A DNA stretch of 64,000 nt from Eledone cirrhosa (taxonomy: Eukaryota): NCBI GenBank assembly GCA_964016885.1, contig OZ024745.1, positions 58,032,001 through 58,096,000 on the forward strand, in the 5' to 3' direction. Of this stretch, positions 62,180 to 64,000 are shown one piece after another; the stretch's first letter is position 1, and each line of letters starts with the position of its first letter. Made by a program: the position numbers and the translations under genes. Below the pieces are notes generated by a model that searched no databases, was not told the origin of the DNA, and saw only the letters and a program-made list of their open reading frames with translations.

Positions 62180-63300
62180 AATACTCTTTAGTCCAGATCT
62201 ATTTCTAGATAGCAAATATCAAGGCAGCTGTTAGGAACTTTGCTCAGTATTTGTGAATATTGTGAGACTTACATATCGTTTGTATTTGAATCGTAACTGG
62301 TAAGGCTGCGAGGGAATCGCGTGCGTGTGCCGATCTCAGTTGAATGATTTGTTTGTGTTGTTTTGTTTTGCCATGGCAGTTGACAGGTTTAGCTGGTAGT
62401 AATAATTTTCCTAATATGGTGGTGGTGGTGGTAGTGGTGGTGGTGATTGGTCGGTGGTTATTGTTTTGTGGCAGGTGAATGGCAAGTAGTATTTGGCCAT
62501 CCGTGTGTTATACACTTAGCTTTTGTCATTAGATTACTGTCAACTTTGTTTGTGGCTTTAGTTATGCTGATGGAAGAAATAGGCTGTCCTATTTGCTGGA
62601 AGTCGAGAAGACGAAGAGATCTGGTGTCATGGTTCCACTATGAAATGATTGTGGTCATTTCTATTTTCGAATTTCTCATATATATTGTTGGCCCTCTCAT
62701 GGGAGGGGAGGAAGTAAAAGTGAGGATGGCAACAACATATATCGTGAAGAAGGCGGGGGAATGAAATGTATGTTTATGATGTCGGATAGAATCTGTCTGA
62801 TGTCGGTAACGTTAGATTGAAGCATATAGATTAGCAGATATGACACATTCTCTCAATATGTCAACAGCCAGGATTGTGGCTACCGAGGTAAAAGGACATA
62901 TCGTCGAGCCTGAAAGCATACATATTATGTTTAGGAGATTTAGGTTCTAGTTGGTGGAGTCGCTTAATGACATATTGATGTGTCTCGAGAAGGTGAATAA
63001 CGAGTTTAGGACTAGAAAATGAGCTATAAAATATTATACAATGATCCTTCAACGCTGGACATGGGCTTGAGGTGATCAAATTTGGGTGGCTTGCTGTTCT
63101 GTGTCCCAAAACTGGTTTTGAATCTCTTTGAGAGTTTTCGCAATTTGCAGATATTGCTCCATGCGATGTTGATTTGGCCCTTGATCTGCATTGGTGTGAG
63201 TCTCATGACCTTTTAATATAAACCAATTGAGATGCTTGTGTTGTGAAGATGCAGTATGATAGCTGCATTTTTCAGAAGATTAGCAGATCAGGCACTATCG
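62180..63300 (-). pseudogene. Possible highly decayed Penelope-like element (RT / GIY-YIG)
   Basis: Weak motifs in the expected order (YAFRLDD, LLHDICC, YQLRF..RYVSLT); many stops. Confidence 0.35.
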
Positions 63301-63603
63301 AAAATTTCCATAACTCCTTGGCCGTGTAGATTGAAAAGTATCAGATACATTTTAACATGTGACGCTTAGTCGATCGGCTGTCTTTGTGTATGACCATTTT
63401 ACGGATCACCATATTCTTTCATTTATATGGAAGGTCCGCTTTCCACTACCTGGAGGATTTTTTGGTGAAATGAGAATCGACTTAATGTTTGCAGAATGCA
63501 TATCTCTCATTGGTTTAGTTTATTATATATTTCATTTTTGTGTTTAATAATTTTGCGGCAAATAAATGCAATATCTGCTATTAAAGAGGTATCCCACTAC
63601 AAA

Positions 63604-63654
<51 letters not shown>

Positions 63655-64000
63655 GGGAAGAAGACGCACGAGGTGACGGAGGTCATGAAATCGCTCCCGT
63701 AAGTTTTGAATTTTTAACATATTTAAATCATTTGTGAAATAACAACTCTTAGTACAAATGCTACGTAAAGCACCCGGCTTGAGCCCCCAAAAATTCGGAC
63801 CCAAAATATATTGTTATAAGGCTCAAATATTCAAATATTCAACTTTGTATTGTACACTGTATATCCAAAAAAGAAAATGGCTATAAATGGAAGAAGAACC
63901 CCCCCCCCTCCTCTCCTCTGGCTACACTATATAGGACAGCTAAACTCACCAACACCAGAAACTAGATACACCACCCACCCCATCATCTGTGTACACTAAA

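Overview
AT-rich, microsatellite-dense animal genomic DNA, most likely a coleoid cephalopod such as Octopus (inferred from SINE sequences recalled from memory). There is a 200-N gap at 29872-30071 and no confidently identifiable host gene. The window contains two head-to-tail arrays of microsatellite-associated non-LTR retrotransposons. Array 1 (1-28872) holds eight minus-strand L1/Tx1-like units from three related families, each separated by (GATA)n. It includes one intact 5.8-kb copy, a near-identical partial copy, a 5'-truncated copy, a decayed full-length copy and four copies of an internally deleted, ORF1-retaining derivative. Array 2 (47497-59453) holds eight 5'-truncated R4/Dong-like (RLE) elements from two families in (ATT)n, plus two oppositely oriented Tx1-like copies that end in (ATT)n instead of (GATA)n. 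Comparing the Tx1 families shows covarying RNA hairpins in the 5' UTR, the 3' UTR and at the 3' terminus, and a splice-donor-like motif at the end of ORF1. The rest of the window has tRNA-derived SINEs, CRE/RTE/Penelope relics and many (TA)n-anchored fold-back palindromes. Family names A-G are my own labels. Most short ORFs in the supplied track are antisense shadows or microsatellite translations.
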